A stretch of DNA of 37,508 nucleotides from an uncultured Gammaproteobacteria bacterium (GTDB taxonomy: Bacteria; Patescibacteriota; Patescibacteriia; Patescibacteriales; UBA12075), in NCBI GenBank assembly GCA_964451485.1, contig CAYVIA010000004.1, positions 1-37,508 of the forward strand, in the 5' to 3' direction. Shown here piece after piece: positions 27,389 through 34,200 of this stretch. The notes beneath the pieces were generated by a model. That model made no database searches. It was not told where the DNA came from and saw only the letters and a program-made list of their open reading frames with translations. A program made the translations under genes and the position numbers. Position 1 is the first letter of the stretch. Each line of letters opens with the position of its first letter.

Positions 27389-28063
27389 TTAAATCTGAGA
27401 AAAAATATACTTCTTCGCTTTTGCCATTTTCTGTTCGTTTATTCCCAGCGCCTTGACGCTCGTTCTCGCTTTAAGCAGGCCGACAAATTCGCGGTGATAA
27501 CTTCCGAGCCGCCACGCCTTAACCATGCGCATATATTCTTCCCAGTCGAACTCAGGGAGAATTGCCAGGCCGAAAATGTCAAGTTCATCTTTCATACCCT
27601 TGACCGAACCGCGGCGATTCTTCCAGGCAAAAAGCTTCAAAAGCAGCAAGGCCTCAAGCCGCGGCACCTTAAAACCGTTTTTGACCGCATGGTCTTTGGC
27701 TACGGCGGCGATGGGCGCGCCGAGCGAGGAATAATGATCGAGGTAAATATCGATATCGAATTCCCCGGTCTTAATCTCGTATTTTTTAAGCCGGTCATTC
27801 TTATAAACATCGTACGAATCCTTCATTTTTCCCAATCCGTCATAGCCGATAATAATGTCGATATCTTTCGATTTCAACGCGCGGCAGTAAAGCCAGACCG
27901 CCCAGCCGCCGATCAGGATAAAATCGAATTTTCGATTGAACTCCTTCAGAAAATCGAAACTCTTTTTCGTGATTAAGCCGTGATAATATTCCATAATATT
28001 TTTAAAGCTTGTATGATTATTCTCCGGCCGGCTTAATTTTACTGATTTTTTGACTTGGCGCAT
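27389..28063 (-). CDS. minimal nucleotidyltransferase-fold protein (AbiEii/DUF1814- or DUF2204-like), putative toxin
   Basis: 224 aa. GG-x13-DID motif (LIGGWAVWLYCRALKSKDIDIII), a downstream acidic EFDIDIY, and KLFAWKNRRGSVKGMKDELDIFGL resembling the K...R...KD..D..L helix of AbiEii-type NTases. GGAG lies 7 nt upstream of the ATG. Confidence 0.55.
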   Translation of the reverse strand: MRQVKKSVKLSRPENNHTSFKNIMEYYHGLITKKSFDFLKEFNRKFDFILIGGWAVWLYCRALKSKDIDIIIGYDGLGKMKDSYDVYKNDRLKKYEIKTGEFDIDIYLDHYSSLGAPIAAVAKDHAVKNGFKVPRLEALLLLKLFAWKNRRGSVKGMKDELDIFGLAILPEFDWEEYMRMVKAWRLGSYHREFVGLLKARTSVKALGINEQKMAKAKKYIFSQI

Positions 28064-28153
28064 TTATAGCTCCAATCGCCACCGGAAAAAAATCAGTGAA
28101 ATTAAACCGGCCCTTTCTGGATTTAAACGTAGATACGTAAATTTTTCTTTTAT

Positions 28154-28744
28154 CTACGCGGGCAGAATTTGCTCTTTTAACTTAGAGAGGAACTCCTTGG
28201 CGTACCAATCGCGTAAATTCCACAAGTCGGAAAAAATAAGCGCGTCAGAAACCGTTTCTTTTCTTTTGTCCGTTTTCTCATTCATCCTTAAGACATACAA
28301 ATTCGGCTCACCTCTTTTTTCCGGAAATCTTTTTTTGATCTCCTCAAGCGCCTCTCCGCTCGCGCGCACGTAAACCTTGTCATAATCAGCTGGAGCATCC
28401 CCGTATTTTTGCGCGTAAGCGCTGTAGGCGGCGAACACCGCCCTGTCCGGCATCATTCCTTCAATTTCTTTCGCATCACAACCGGTATGGGTGCGATAAA
28501 CGATTTCTTTTTCCAAATGCCGGCCGGTGGCCCAAATATAAAGCAATTTTTCCGTGTCTTCCAAAATAAAATTCCTGCCCGTTACCCTTACGGCCCCTAA
28601 CTGGCGGGGAATTTTTAAGGCATTAAAGACCGTTGATAAAGAGATGCCGAATTTTTCCGCCATTTCCTTTTGTGTGAAATTGAATTGTTTGTCTTTAATG
28701 GCTCTATCAAGTATTTCCTTTAATATCAGCTCTTTTTTTGTCAT
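28154..28744 (-). CDS. winged-helix HTH protein with an uncharacterised C-terminal domain (AbiEi-like putative antitoxin/regulator)
   Basis: 196 aa. N-terminal HTH FTQKEMAEKFGISLSTVFNALKIPRQLGAVRV. Encoded directly upstream of the NTase gene, which is the AbiEi-AbiEii gene order. Confidence 0.5.
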   Translation of the reverse strand: MTKKELILKEILDRAIKDKQFNFTQKEMAEKFGISLSTVFNALKIPRQLGAVRVTGRNFILEDTEKLLYIWATGRHLEKEIVYRTHTGCDAKEIEGMMPDRAVFAAYSAYAQKYGDAPADYDKVYVRASGEALEEIKKRFPEKRGEPNLYVLRMNEKTDKRKETVSDALIFSDLWNLRDWYAKEFLSKLKEQILPA

Positions 28745-28801
28745 ATATTTCGATTTTTCATCTTAAAATAATGCTTCATTTCTATTATATTCGAAATATA
28801 T
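28743..28801. promoter_or_regulatory. 11-bp perfect inverted repeat (ATATATTTCGA ... TCGAAATATAT), candidate operator
   Basis: 28743-28753 and 28791-28801 are exact reverse complements. One arm overlaps the HTH-gene start codon. The other lies in the -35/-10 spacer. Confidence 0.45.
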
Positions 28802-28812
28802 TTTTTAGTCAA
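28784..28812 (-). promoter_or_regulatory. canonical sigma-70-type promoter for the HTH/NTase pair (TTGACT-17 nt-TATAAT)
   Basis: The minus strand reads TTGACTaaaaaatatatttcgaaTATAAT. The -10 box lies about 40 nt upstream of the ATG at 28744. Confidence 0.55.
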
Positions 28813-28882
28813 ATTTTTACGCGCAAATCCTTCTAATATGCTATTATTTTAACCCCGAAAACATTAAAATGTCAAAGTGTAT

Positions 28883-28908
28883 GAAAAAACCGCCCAAATA
28901 AATAGGCG
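28883..28908 (-). terminator. intrinsic terminator after the small membrane protein gene
   Basis: The minus strand reads CCGCC-TATTTATTTG-GGCGG followed by TTTTTT. Confidence 0.6.
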
Positions 28909-28960
28909 GATTGTTTAAGGCTATTTTTGCGCAAAGAACAGGCTGCGTTACTTCCCAGCC

Positions 28961-29188
28961 CTATCTTGAATTTCTGTTTCGGAAAACAAAGTAAATACCG
29001 CACCCTATTCCTGCGCCTACGGCGATACCTGCCACAGCAATGCCGAATCCCAATGTCGCGGAACGAGCCACAGTCATTAAAAGCCAACCCAAAAAAAGAA
29101 TAGCGATCCAGAAGCCGACAACAATCAATAACTGTTCAAAGGCCTTTTTGAGCGCTTTCCAACATGTGCCAAAAATTTTCTTTATCAT
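28961..29188 (-). CDS. small (75 aa) two-TM membrane protein, function unknown
   Basis: Two hydrophobic segments (LLIVVGFWIAILFLGWLLM and LGFGIAVAGIAVGAGIGCGIYFVF). Strong RBS: GGAGG lies 9 nt upstream of the ATG. A terminator follows. Confidence 0.55.
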   Translation of the reverse strand: MIKKIFGTCWKALKKAFEQLLIVVGFWIAILFLGWLLMTVARSATLGFGIAVAGIAVGAGIGCGIYFVFRNRNSR

Positions 29189-29238
29189 TTTTACACCCTC
29201 CTGGTTATTTTTTGGTAAATTTTAAAAGGGCAATAAGC

Positions 29239-29679
29239 TTATTTCGCCAAAACACCTAATTTTTCGAACCAGTACCTCCACACCGGCTCCCATTTTAATT
29301 TTTTCATTTCCTCCGGCGTATACCAGCCGATGGATTTCGACGCTTCGGGATTATTCCTGACTTTTCCCTTTACCGTACACCGATACAAATACCAATAATG
29401 GGACGAAATCCCGACCCGGCACCGATTCCACTCCACCCCTTCCTCGAAAAGCAGGTAATGAGCTTTTACTTTCAAGCCGCTTTCATCGAGAATTTTACGT
29501 AAAAGCGCTTCCTCAGGTTCTTCCCCTTCATTAATATGGCCGGCTAACCCGGCAAACCCGAGCGGCTCCATGTCGCGGTCTAAGAGCAAATACTTGCCGT
29601 CACGCTCAATCACGGCGCCGACGGTAAAATGCATCAATGCGCCTTTCGTACTTTGTCTTAATTTCGGTGTATCGGCCAT
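29239..29679 (-). CDS. NUDIX hydrolase
   Basis: Nudix box GHINEGEEPEEALLRKILDESGL. I prefer the ATG at 29679 (MADTPKL...) because AAGGAGG lies 6 nt upstream. The ORF-track start at 29748 would abut uvrB. Confidence 0.8.
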   Translation of the reverse strand: MADTPKLRQSTKGALMHFTVGAVIERDGKYLLLDRDMEPLGFAGLAGHINEGEEPEEALLRKILDESGLKVKAHYLLFEEGVEWNRCRVGISSHYWYLYRCTVKGKVRNNPEASKSIGWYTPEEMKKLKWEPVWRYWFEKLGVLAK

Positions 29680-29712
29680 ATAAGCCTCCTTCTTGTAATG
29701 ATCGATTAATGT

Positions 29713-29741
29713 TTGCTTAATCTTAAAGAATATACTATAAT
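29713..29741 (+). promoter_or_regulatory. candidate uvrB promoter (TTGCTT-17 nt-TATAAT) only 9 nt from the ATG, implying a leaderless or near-leaderless mRNA
   Basis: TATAAT at 29736-29741, ATG at 29751, no Shine-Dalgarno sequence between them. Confidence 0.35.
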
Positions 29742-29750
29742 CTGTCAAGT

Positions 29751-31574
29751 ATGCAGAAATTTAAATTACAATTAAGGTTCAAGCCCGCGGGAGATCAACC
29801 TGCCGCTATTACCAAGCTGGCGGCCGGCCTGGAAAAAGGCGTGCATGAGCAGACGCTTTTAGGCGTGACCGGCTCGGGCAAGACCTTTACCATGGCCAAC
29901 GTAATCGCGGCCGCGCAGAAACCGACGCTTATCATTTCCCACAATAAGACGCTTGCCGCCCAGCTATACGGCGAATTCCGCCGCTTTTTTCCGGACAATG
30001 CCGTACACTATTTCGTCTCCTATTACGACTATTACCAGCCCGAGGCCTATATTCCGCAAACCGATACCTATATCGAAAAAGAGGCGACCATCAACGAAGA
30101 AATCGACCGCCTGCGCCACGCTTCCACCCAGTCGCTCATCAACCGCCGGGACGTCATTATCGTGGCAAGCGTTTCCTGCATCTACGGCATCGGCGAGCGG
30201 GCCGACTACGAGGCCATGAGCGCGAAATTTTCCGTTGGCCAGAAAATCAGAAGGAACGAACTCCTGCGCCAGCTGGTAAAAATCCAATATGAACGAAACG
30301 ACACCGCTTTCGTACGCGGCCAGTTCCGGGTCAGGGGCGAAACGATCGATATTCATCTGGCCACGGGCGAGGGACTGATAAGGATAATCATGAATGGAAA
30401 CACGATTGGAGAAATATACTCGGCACAGGTGCGGCCGGGCAAGGATTTGCCGGCGCTCTCTCTGGGCAGAAAAACTACGCTCGCTAAACTCGACGATATT
30501 GTTATCCTGCCGGCCAAGCATTTCATGACCCCCGACGAAAGGATGAGCGTCGCCCTCGTCAATATCAGGGCGGAACTTAAAGACAGGCTGGCGGAGCTCA
30601 AAAGGCGGGGAAAAGAGGTCGAGGCCTACCGGCTCGAGAAAAAAACCAACTACGACCTCGAGATGATGGAGGAGATCGGTTACACGAACGGCATCGAGAA
30701 TTATTCGCGCCACCTTTCCGGCCGCAAACCGGGCGAGCCGCCGGCCACGCTCATGGATTTTTTCCCCGAAGATTTTCTCTTGTTCATCGACGAGTCGCAC
30801 GTAACGTTGCCGCAGGTCCGCGGCATGTTCGCCGGCGACCGCTCGCGCAAGGAAACCCTGATCGAATTCGGCTTCCGGCTCCCGAGCGCTCTCGATAACC
30901 GGCCGCTCAATTTCCCCGAATTCAGGAAAAAAATCAACCAGGTAATCTATACGAGCGCTACGCCCGGCGCTTACGAAATCTCGCATTCCGCGCAAGTGGT
31001 GGAGCAGATCGTGCGGCCGACCGGACTTCTCGATCCATCCGTGGAGGTGCGGCCGTCAACGGGCCAGATTCCGGACCTCATCGGGGAAATCGAAAAGACC
31101 GTAGCTCGAGGACAGCGCGTGCTCGTTACTACTTTGACCAAACGCATGGCCGAAGAGCTTTCCGACTATCTTCTTGATAAAGGCGTAAAGGTCCATTACC
31201 TGCACAGCGAGATCAGCACGCTTGAGCGGGTCGATATCCTCAGGGACCTGCGCTCCGGCAAATACGACGTACTCGTGGGCATCAACCTCTTGCGCGAAGG
31301 CCTTGATCTTCCCGAGGTGGCGCTCGTCGCCATCCTAGACGCGGATATGGCCGGCTTTTTAAGGAACGAAACCTCGCTTATCCAGACCATGGGCCGCGCC
31401 GCCCGCCACGCCGAAGGCCGCGTCATTATGTACGCGGACAGGATGACGCCGGCCATAAACTATGCCGTGCGCGAAACCGAACGCCGCCGCAAGGTACAGA
31501 TGGCCTACAATAAAAAACACGGCATCACGCCGCAAACGATCCGAATGGGATTTCACGATAGTATTGTCGGATAA
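29751..31574 (+). CDS. uvrB: excinuclease ABC subunit B, lacking the C-terminal UVR domain
   Basis: 607 aa. [11 protein letters not shown], Walker [36 protein letters not shown]. Ends shortly after [13 protein letters not shown], where canonical UvrB continues for about 60 aa. Confidence 0.95.
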   Translation: MQKFKLQLRFKPAGDQPAAITKLAAGLEKGVHEQTLLGVTGSGKTFTMANVIAAAQKPTLIISHNKTLAAQLYGEFRRFFPDNAVHYFVSYYDYYQPEAYIPQTDTYIEKEATINEEIDRLRHASTQSLINRRDVIIVASVSCIYGIGERADYEAMSAKFSVGQKIRRNELLRQLVKIQYERNDTAFVRGQFRVRGETIDIHLATGEGLIRIIMNGNTIGEIYSAQVRPGKDLPALSLGRKTTLAKLDDIVILPAKHFMTPDERMSVALVNIRAELKDRLAELKRRGKEVEAYRLEKKTNYDLEMMEEIGYTNGIENYSRHLSGRKPGEPPATLMDFFPEDFLLFIDESHVTLPQVRGMFAGDRSRKETLIEFGFRLPSALDNRPLNFPEFRKKINQVIYTSATPGAYEISHSAQVVEQIVRPTGLLDPSVEVRPSTGQIPDLIGEIEKTVARGQRVLVTTLTKRMAEELSDYLLDKGVKVHYLHSEISTLERVDILRDLRSGKYDVLVGINLLREGLDLPEVALVAILDADMAGFLRNETSLIQTMGRAARHAEGRVIMYADRMTPAINYAVRETERRRKVQMAYNKKHGITPQTIRMGFHDSIVG

Positions 31575-31689
31575 ATCAATAATTGCCTTTCTCTCCTTAC
31601 TGCCTCCGTCAGGCCCTCCCCTGGCGTGTTTATTCGGCATAGCCGTTTCCGCCGTTCGCCACCATGTCTGCAGAACCGACGCTCTCGCA

Positions 31690-31713
31690 CCCCTCCCCCG
31701 GGGAGGGGATTTT
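31690..31713 (+). terminator. intrinsic terminator for uvrB
   Basis: CCCCTCC-CCCGG-GGAGGGG followed by ATTTT. Confidence 0.5.
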
Positions 31714-31746
31714 AAAAAACCGCCGGCTTTCGCGCCAGCGGGTTTG
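31714..31746 (-). terminator. intrinsic terminator for uvrC
   Basis: The minus strand reads CCGCTGGC-GCGAAA-GCCGGCGG (one G-U pair) followed by TTTTTT. Confidence 0.55.
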
Positions 31747-31758
31747 TTTATATAATGC

Positions 31759-33141
31759 TTATTTATAATAACTTTTCTTCCGTAACAACCGATGGTAGCC
31801 GATGGCGAAGCGGTGCGCTTCGTCGCGCACTCTTTTGATAATATGCAGGGCCGGCGAAGCCAGGGGCAGCTCAAGCGGCTTTTTCTCGCCGGGGAAAAAA
31901 ATCTTGTCCGGAGCCATAGCCGAACGCAGGCCTTCGCCCTTGGATATGGCAATCACGGGGATATCCAACCCAGCTTTTTTAATTATCCTAACGGCAACAT
32001 TCAGCTGGGCCTTGCCGCCGTCCACTATAATCAAATCCGGCTCTCGCCAAGCTAATTCCCGCGTATGGGCGGCTGTTGACCGGAGCGTATTCATCCCGCC
32101 ACCTGTTTCATGTTTCATGTTACGTGCTACATGCCTGAATCTTCTCTCTAAAACCTCCGCGAGCATGCGCACGTCGTTGGCTTCACCTTCACCGATGCGG
32201 ATTTTGAATTTCCGGTACTGGCTCTTGTCCGGCTCGCCGCCGGAAAAAACCACCATGGAACCGACCGCTTCGCGCCCGAAAATATTGGAAATATCATAGC
32301 CCTCGATCCGCTCCGGCGCGCGGGCGAGGGTTAGCACTTTCGCCAGCTCCACCACGTCCGCCTCGTATTTCTCCCCCACGCCGATAATATTGGCATGATC
32401 CAGGACCGCCCTCATATTGATCAGCTGCCGCTTGGCATGACTGACCTTCTCTTCCAGGCCCAGGCGACCTTCACTATCCTCGTCCAATTTCCCAATTTCC
32501 AATTTCCAATTTCCAATTTCTTTTTCAATGTCTCTGACAATCCTCCCCTTCTTCCCTTCCAAAAACAAAATAATCGGCCTAATCACCTTCTCCCGGTAAT
32601 CCTTAAGCGGATACTTTCCCCCGCAAACGCCGCTGCATCGCCCGATCTGGGCGTAAAAACAGATCTTCTCCCCTACCCGCCGCTCTGTGCAATACGGCCA
32701 GATCTTGCGGATAACCTTAAGCGTCTGCCTGACCGCGAAAGCGCCGGTGAACGGCCCGAAATATCGTCCCGATTTATCTATCTTGCGGGTGGCGAACACG
32801 CCGGGAATTTCATCCTCGGTCGAAACCTTGATATAGAGGAAACGCTTGTCGTCGCGCAGGACCACGTTGAAAGATGGCTGATACTTTTTTATCAAATTGG
32901 CTTCCAGGAGCAAGGCCTCGATCTCGCTCTCTACTTCGATCCAGTCGACGGCCGCGATCTCGCGCATCATGGCGCTTTTCGCCGGCGTATGGCTGGCGCC
33001 TTTCTGCCAATAAGACAAAACGCGGCTCGCTAAATTAGCCGCTTTGCCCACGTAAATGATCTTCCCGCCCTTATCCTTGAATTGATACGAGCCCGGAGCC
33101 TTGGGGATATTCAAATTTTTAACATCATCTAAACTTAACAT
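31759..33141 (-). CDS. uvrC: excinuclease ABC subunit C, short form without the C-terminal (HhH)2 domain
   Basis: 460 aa. GIY-YIG (GSYQF...IIYVGKAANLASRV), Cys cluster GRCSGVCGG, endonuclease domain ending RVRDEAHRFAIGYHRLLRKK, then the stop. Confidence 0.92.
   Translation of the reverse strand: MLSLDDVKNLNIPKAPGSYQFKDKGGKIIYVGKAANLASRVLSYWQKGASHTPAKSAMMREIAAVDWIEVESEIEALLLEANLIKKYQPSFNVVLRDDKRFLYIKVSTEDEIPGVFATRKIDKSGRYFGPFTGAFAVRQTLKVIRKIWPYCTERRVGEKICFYAQIGRCSGVCGGKYPLKDYREKVIRPIILFLEGKKGRIVRDIEKEIGNWKLEIGKLDEDSEGRLGLEEKVSHAKRQLINMRAVLDHANIIGVGEKYEADVVELAKVLTLARAPERIEGYDISNIFGREAVGSMVVFSGGEPDKSQYRKFKIRIGEGEANDVRMLAEVLERRFRHVARNMKHETGGGMNTLRSTAAHTRELAWREPDLIIVDGGKAQLNVAVRIIKKAGLDIPVIAISKGEGLRSAMAPDKIFFPGEKKPLELPLASPALHIIKRVRDEAHRFAIGYHRLLRKKSYYK
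32104..32133. repeat. heptamer tract (TGTTTCA x2, TGTTACG, TGCTACA) inside uvrC
   Basis: 32104-32125 is identical over 22 nt to the minus strand of 21945-21966 upstream of lemA. Encodes HVARNMKHETG. Confidence 0.9.
32484..32520. repeat. five tandem CCAATTT heptamers (one extra C) inside uvrC
   Basis: Direct reading. Encodes EIGNWKLEIGKL. Confidence 0.9.
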
Positions 33142-33196
33142 AACAAATACGCTTAATAGTATTATTAACCTACAACGAAATTAAAAATTAAGCAAA

Positions 33197-33224
33197 TTAT
33201 CTTCCCCTTTTTATCTTCCCCTTT
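33197..33224. repeat. 14-nt tandem duplication (TATCTTCCCCTTTT x2) upstream of uvrC
   Basis: Direct reading. Intergenic. Confidence 0.9.
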
Positions 33225-33225
33225 T

Positions 33226-33347
33226 TGTCATGCCGGATCGCAATCCGGCATCCATGGTCGGGCGGCAGGAGTGATGGATGGTAAACTTCGGTAATAAAAA
33301 AAATTCCTGCGGCTTAACCCTGGATCCCGGCTCACGGGCCGGGATGA
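33226..33347. repeat. 122-bp element bounded by two related GC-rich hairpins in inverted orientation (MITE/REP-like)
   Basis: Left end is GTCATGCCGGAT-CGCA-ATCCGGCATCC (33226-33252). Right end is GGATCCCGGC-TCACGG-GCCGGGATGAC (33321-33347). Both ends are GTCAT...ATCC-type, with compensatory stem changes. Confidence 0.5.
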
Positions 33348-33352
33348 CAAAG

Positions 33353-33390
33353 GCAAAATAAAACAACCACCGCAAATAGACATGGTTGTT
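33353..33390 (-). terminator. weak intrinsic terminator after the ferredoxin gene
   Basis: The minus strand reads AACAACCA-13 nt-TGGTTGTT followed by TTATTTT. The stem is AT-rich. Confidence 0.4.
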
Positions 33391-33402
33391 TTATATAACT
33401 TA

Positions 33403-33579
33403 TTACTTGATGCTGATCGCCTGCACCGGACAACTTTCTTCCGCGCCCTTGGCGCAACCTGACTCTTCCTGGCTGACCGGTTCGGCCTTGCCATCATCGC
33501 CCAATTTGAAAACCTTCGGGCAAACGGCCGCGCAGGTGCCGCAGCCGATGCAAGTGTCTTTGTTGACGGAAATTGACAT
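33403..33579 (-). CDS. small single-cluster [4Fe-4S]/[3Fe-4S] ferredoxin (58 aa)
   Basis: MSISVNKDTCIGCGTCAAVCPKVFKLGDDGKAEPV...CAKGAEESCPVQAISIK is collinear with Thermotoga/Pyrococcus-type 60-aa ferredoxins. I prefer the ATG at 33579 over the ORF-track start at 33669. Confidence 0.85.
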   Translation of the reverse strand: MSISVNKDTCIGCGTCAAVCPKVFKLGDDGKAEPVSQEESGCAKGAEESCPVQAISIK

Positions 33580-33658
33580 AGTGTTATACGCTTTATTTAT
33601 AAATTTCTTAAACGATATCCCGCATTTATCAAGAAATAAAACGATTAGTTTGTAATTT

Positions 33659-33686
33659 TCAATAATCAATGATCAATTATCAATAA
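33659..33686. repeat. four tandem heptamers (TCAATAA TCAATGA TCAATTA TCAATAA) upstream of the ferredoxin gene
   Basis: Direct reading. Intergenic. Confidence 0.9.
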
Positions 33687-33753
33687 TTAACGAATATACC
33701 CATTTTCATGAAACCTTATTTCATTAAAATGATAACAAAATTTTGAGAAAACC

Positions 33754-34161
33754 TCAACCCCTCCTCTTTTTCACTCCCGCGCCCTGGCCGTCAAGGACCT
33801 TGCGGACGCTGTCCACGAGCTGGCTGGGGGTGATATTGGCTTTGATCAGATAGCCGTCGGCGCCCCCCTCGAGCCCCTGGTCAATCTCTTCCTTCTGGCC
33901 CAGATTAGACAAGATATAAACCTTGATGTTTTTCGTCTCCTTGTCGGCTTTCAGGGCATCCAAAACCTGATAGCCGTTCATGCCCGGCAAAACGATATCG
34001 AGAAGAATCAGGTCCGGTTTTTCTTTTTTCGCCATCATAAGGCCATCCTCGCCGTCCATGGCCACGATAAGATTAAGCCCCTCATTCTCGAATTTCATCT
34101 GGTAAAGCTCCACCAGGATCTGCTCATCCTCGATCAAAAGAATTTTTTTTGCATCTGCCAT
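33754..34161 (-). CDS. stand-alone receiver (CheY-like) response regulator
   Basis: 135 aa. ILLIEDE, PDLILLDIVLPGMNG, DGYLIK. No output domain. Confidence 0.9.
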   Translation of the reverse strand: MADAKKILLIEDEQILVELYQMKFENEGLNLIVAMDGEDGLMMAKKEKPDLILLDIVLPGMNGYQVLDALKADKETKNIKVYILSNLGQKEEIDQGLEGGADGYLIKANITPSQLVDSVRKVLDGQGAGVKKRRG

Positions 34162-34200
34162 ATAATTAAAATAATTTTTTAGTCAGAGAAATCAAATTTT

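Noticed and set aside
28872-29087. 71-aa ORF overlapping the small membrane protein gene in another frame.
   Set aside because: It is Arg/Cys-rich, has no RBS and overlaps the terminator hairpin. The 28961-29188 frame has a strong RBS and clear TM segments.
29680-29748. Longer NUDIX start at 29748, only 2 nt from the divergent uvrB ATG.
   Set aside because: It leaves no promoter space. The internal ATG at 29679 is preceded by a perfect AAGGAGG at optimal spacing.
29964-30995. 343-aa ORF antisense to uvrB. Similar long antisense ORFs occur elsewhere, for example 26834-27976 opposite ileS and the NTase gene, 19125-19979 opposite pepA, 6684-7364 opposite rpoB and 31359-31952 across the uvrB/uvrC ends.
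   Set aside because: They lie entirely within, or overlap, strongly supported conserved genes on the other strand. Their composition is low-complexity and Arg/Ala/Gly-rich with no recognisable motifs. These are typical shadow ORFs of GC-rich coding regions.
31575-31758. Whether uvrB is a pseudogene truncated by a frameshift, with the UVR domain encoded downstream in another frame.
   Set aside because: By-eye translation of the three forward frames of the spacer gives no helical UVR-like sequence. The spacer is occupied by two back-to-back terminator hairpins.
33580-33669. N-terminal 30-aa extension of the ferredoxin ORF.
   Set aside because: The extension reads through the TCAATNA heptamer array. 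The 58-aa form starting MSISVNKDTCIGCG is collinear with known minimal ferredoxins.
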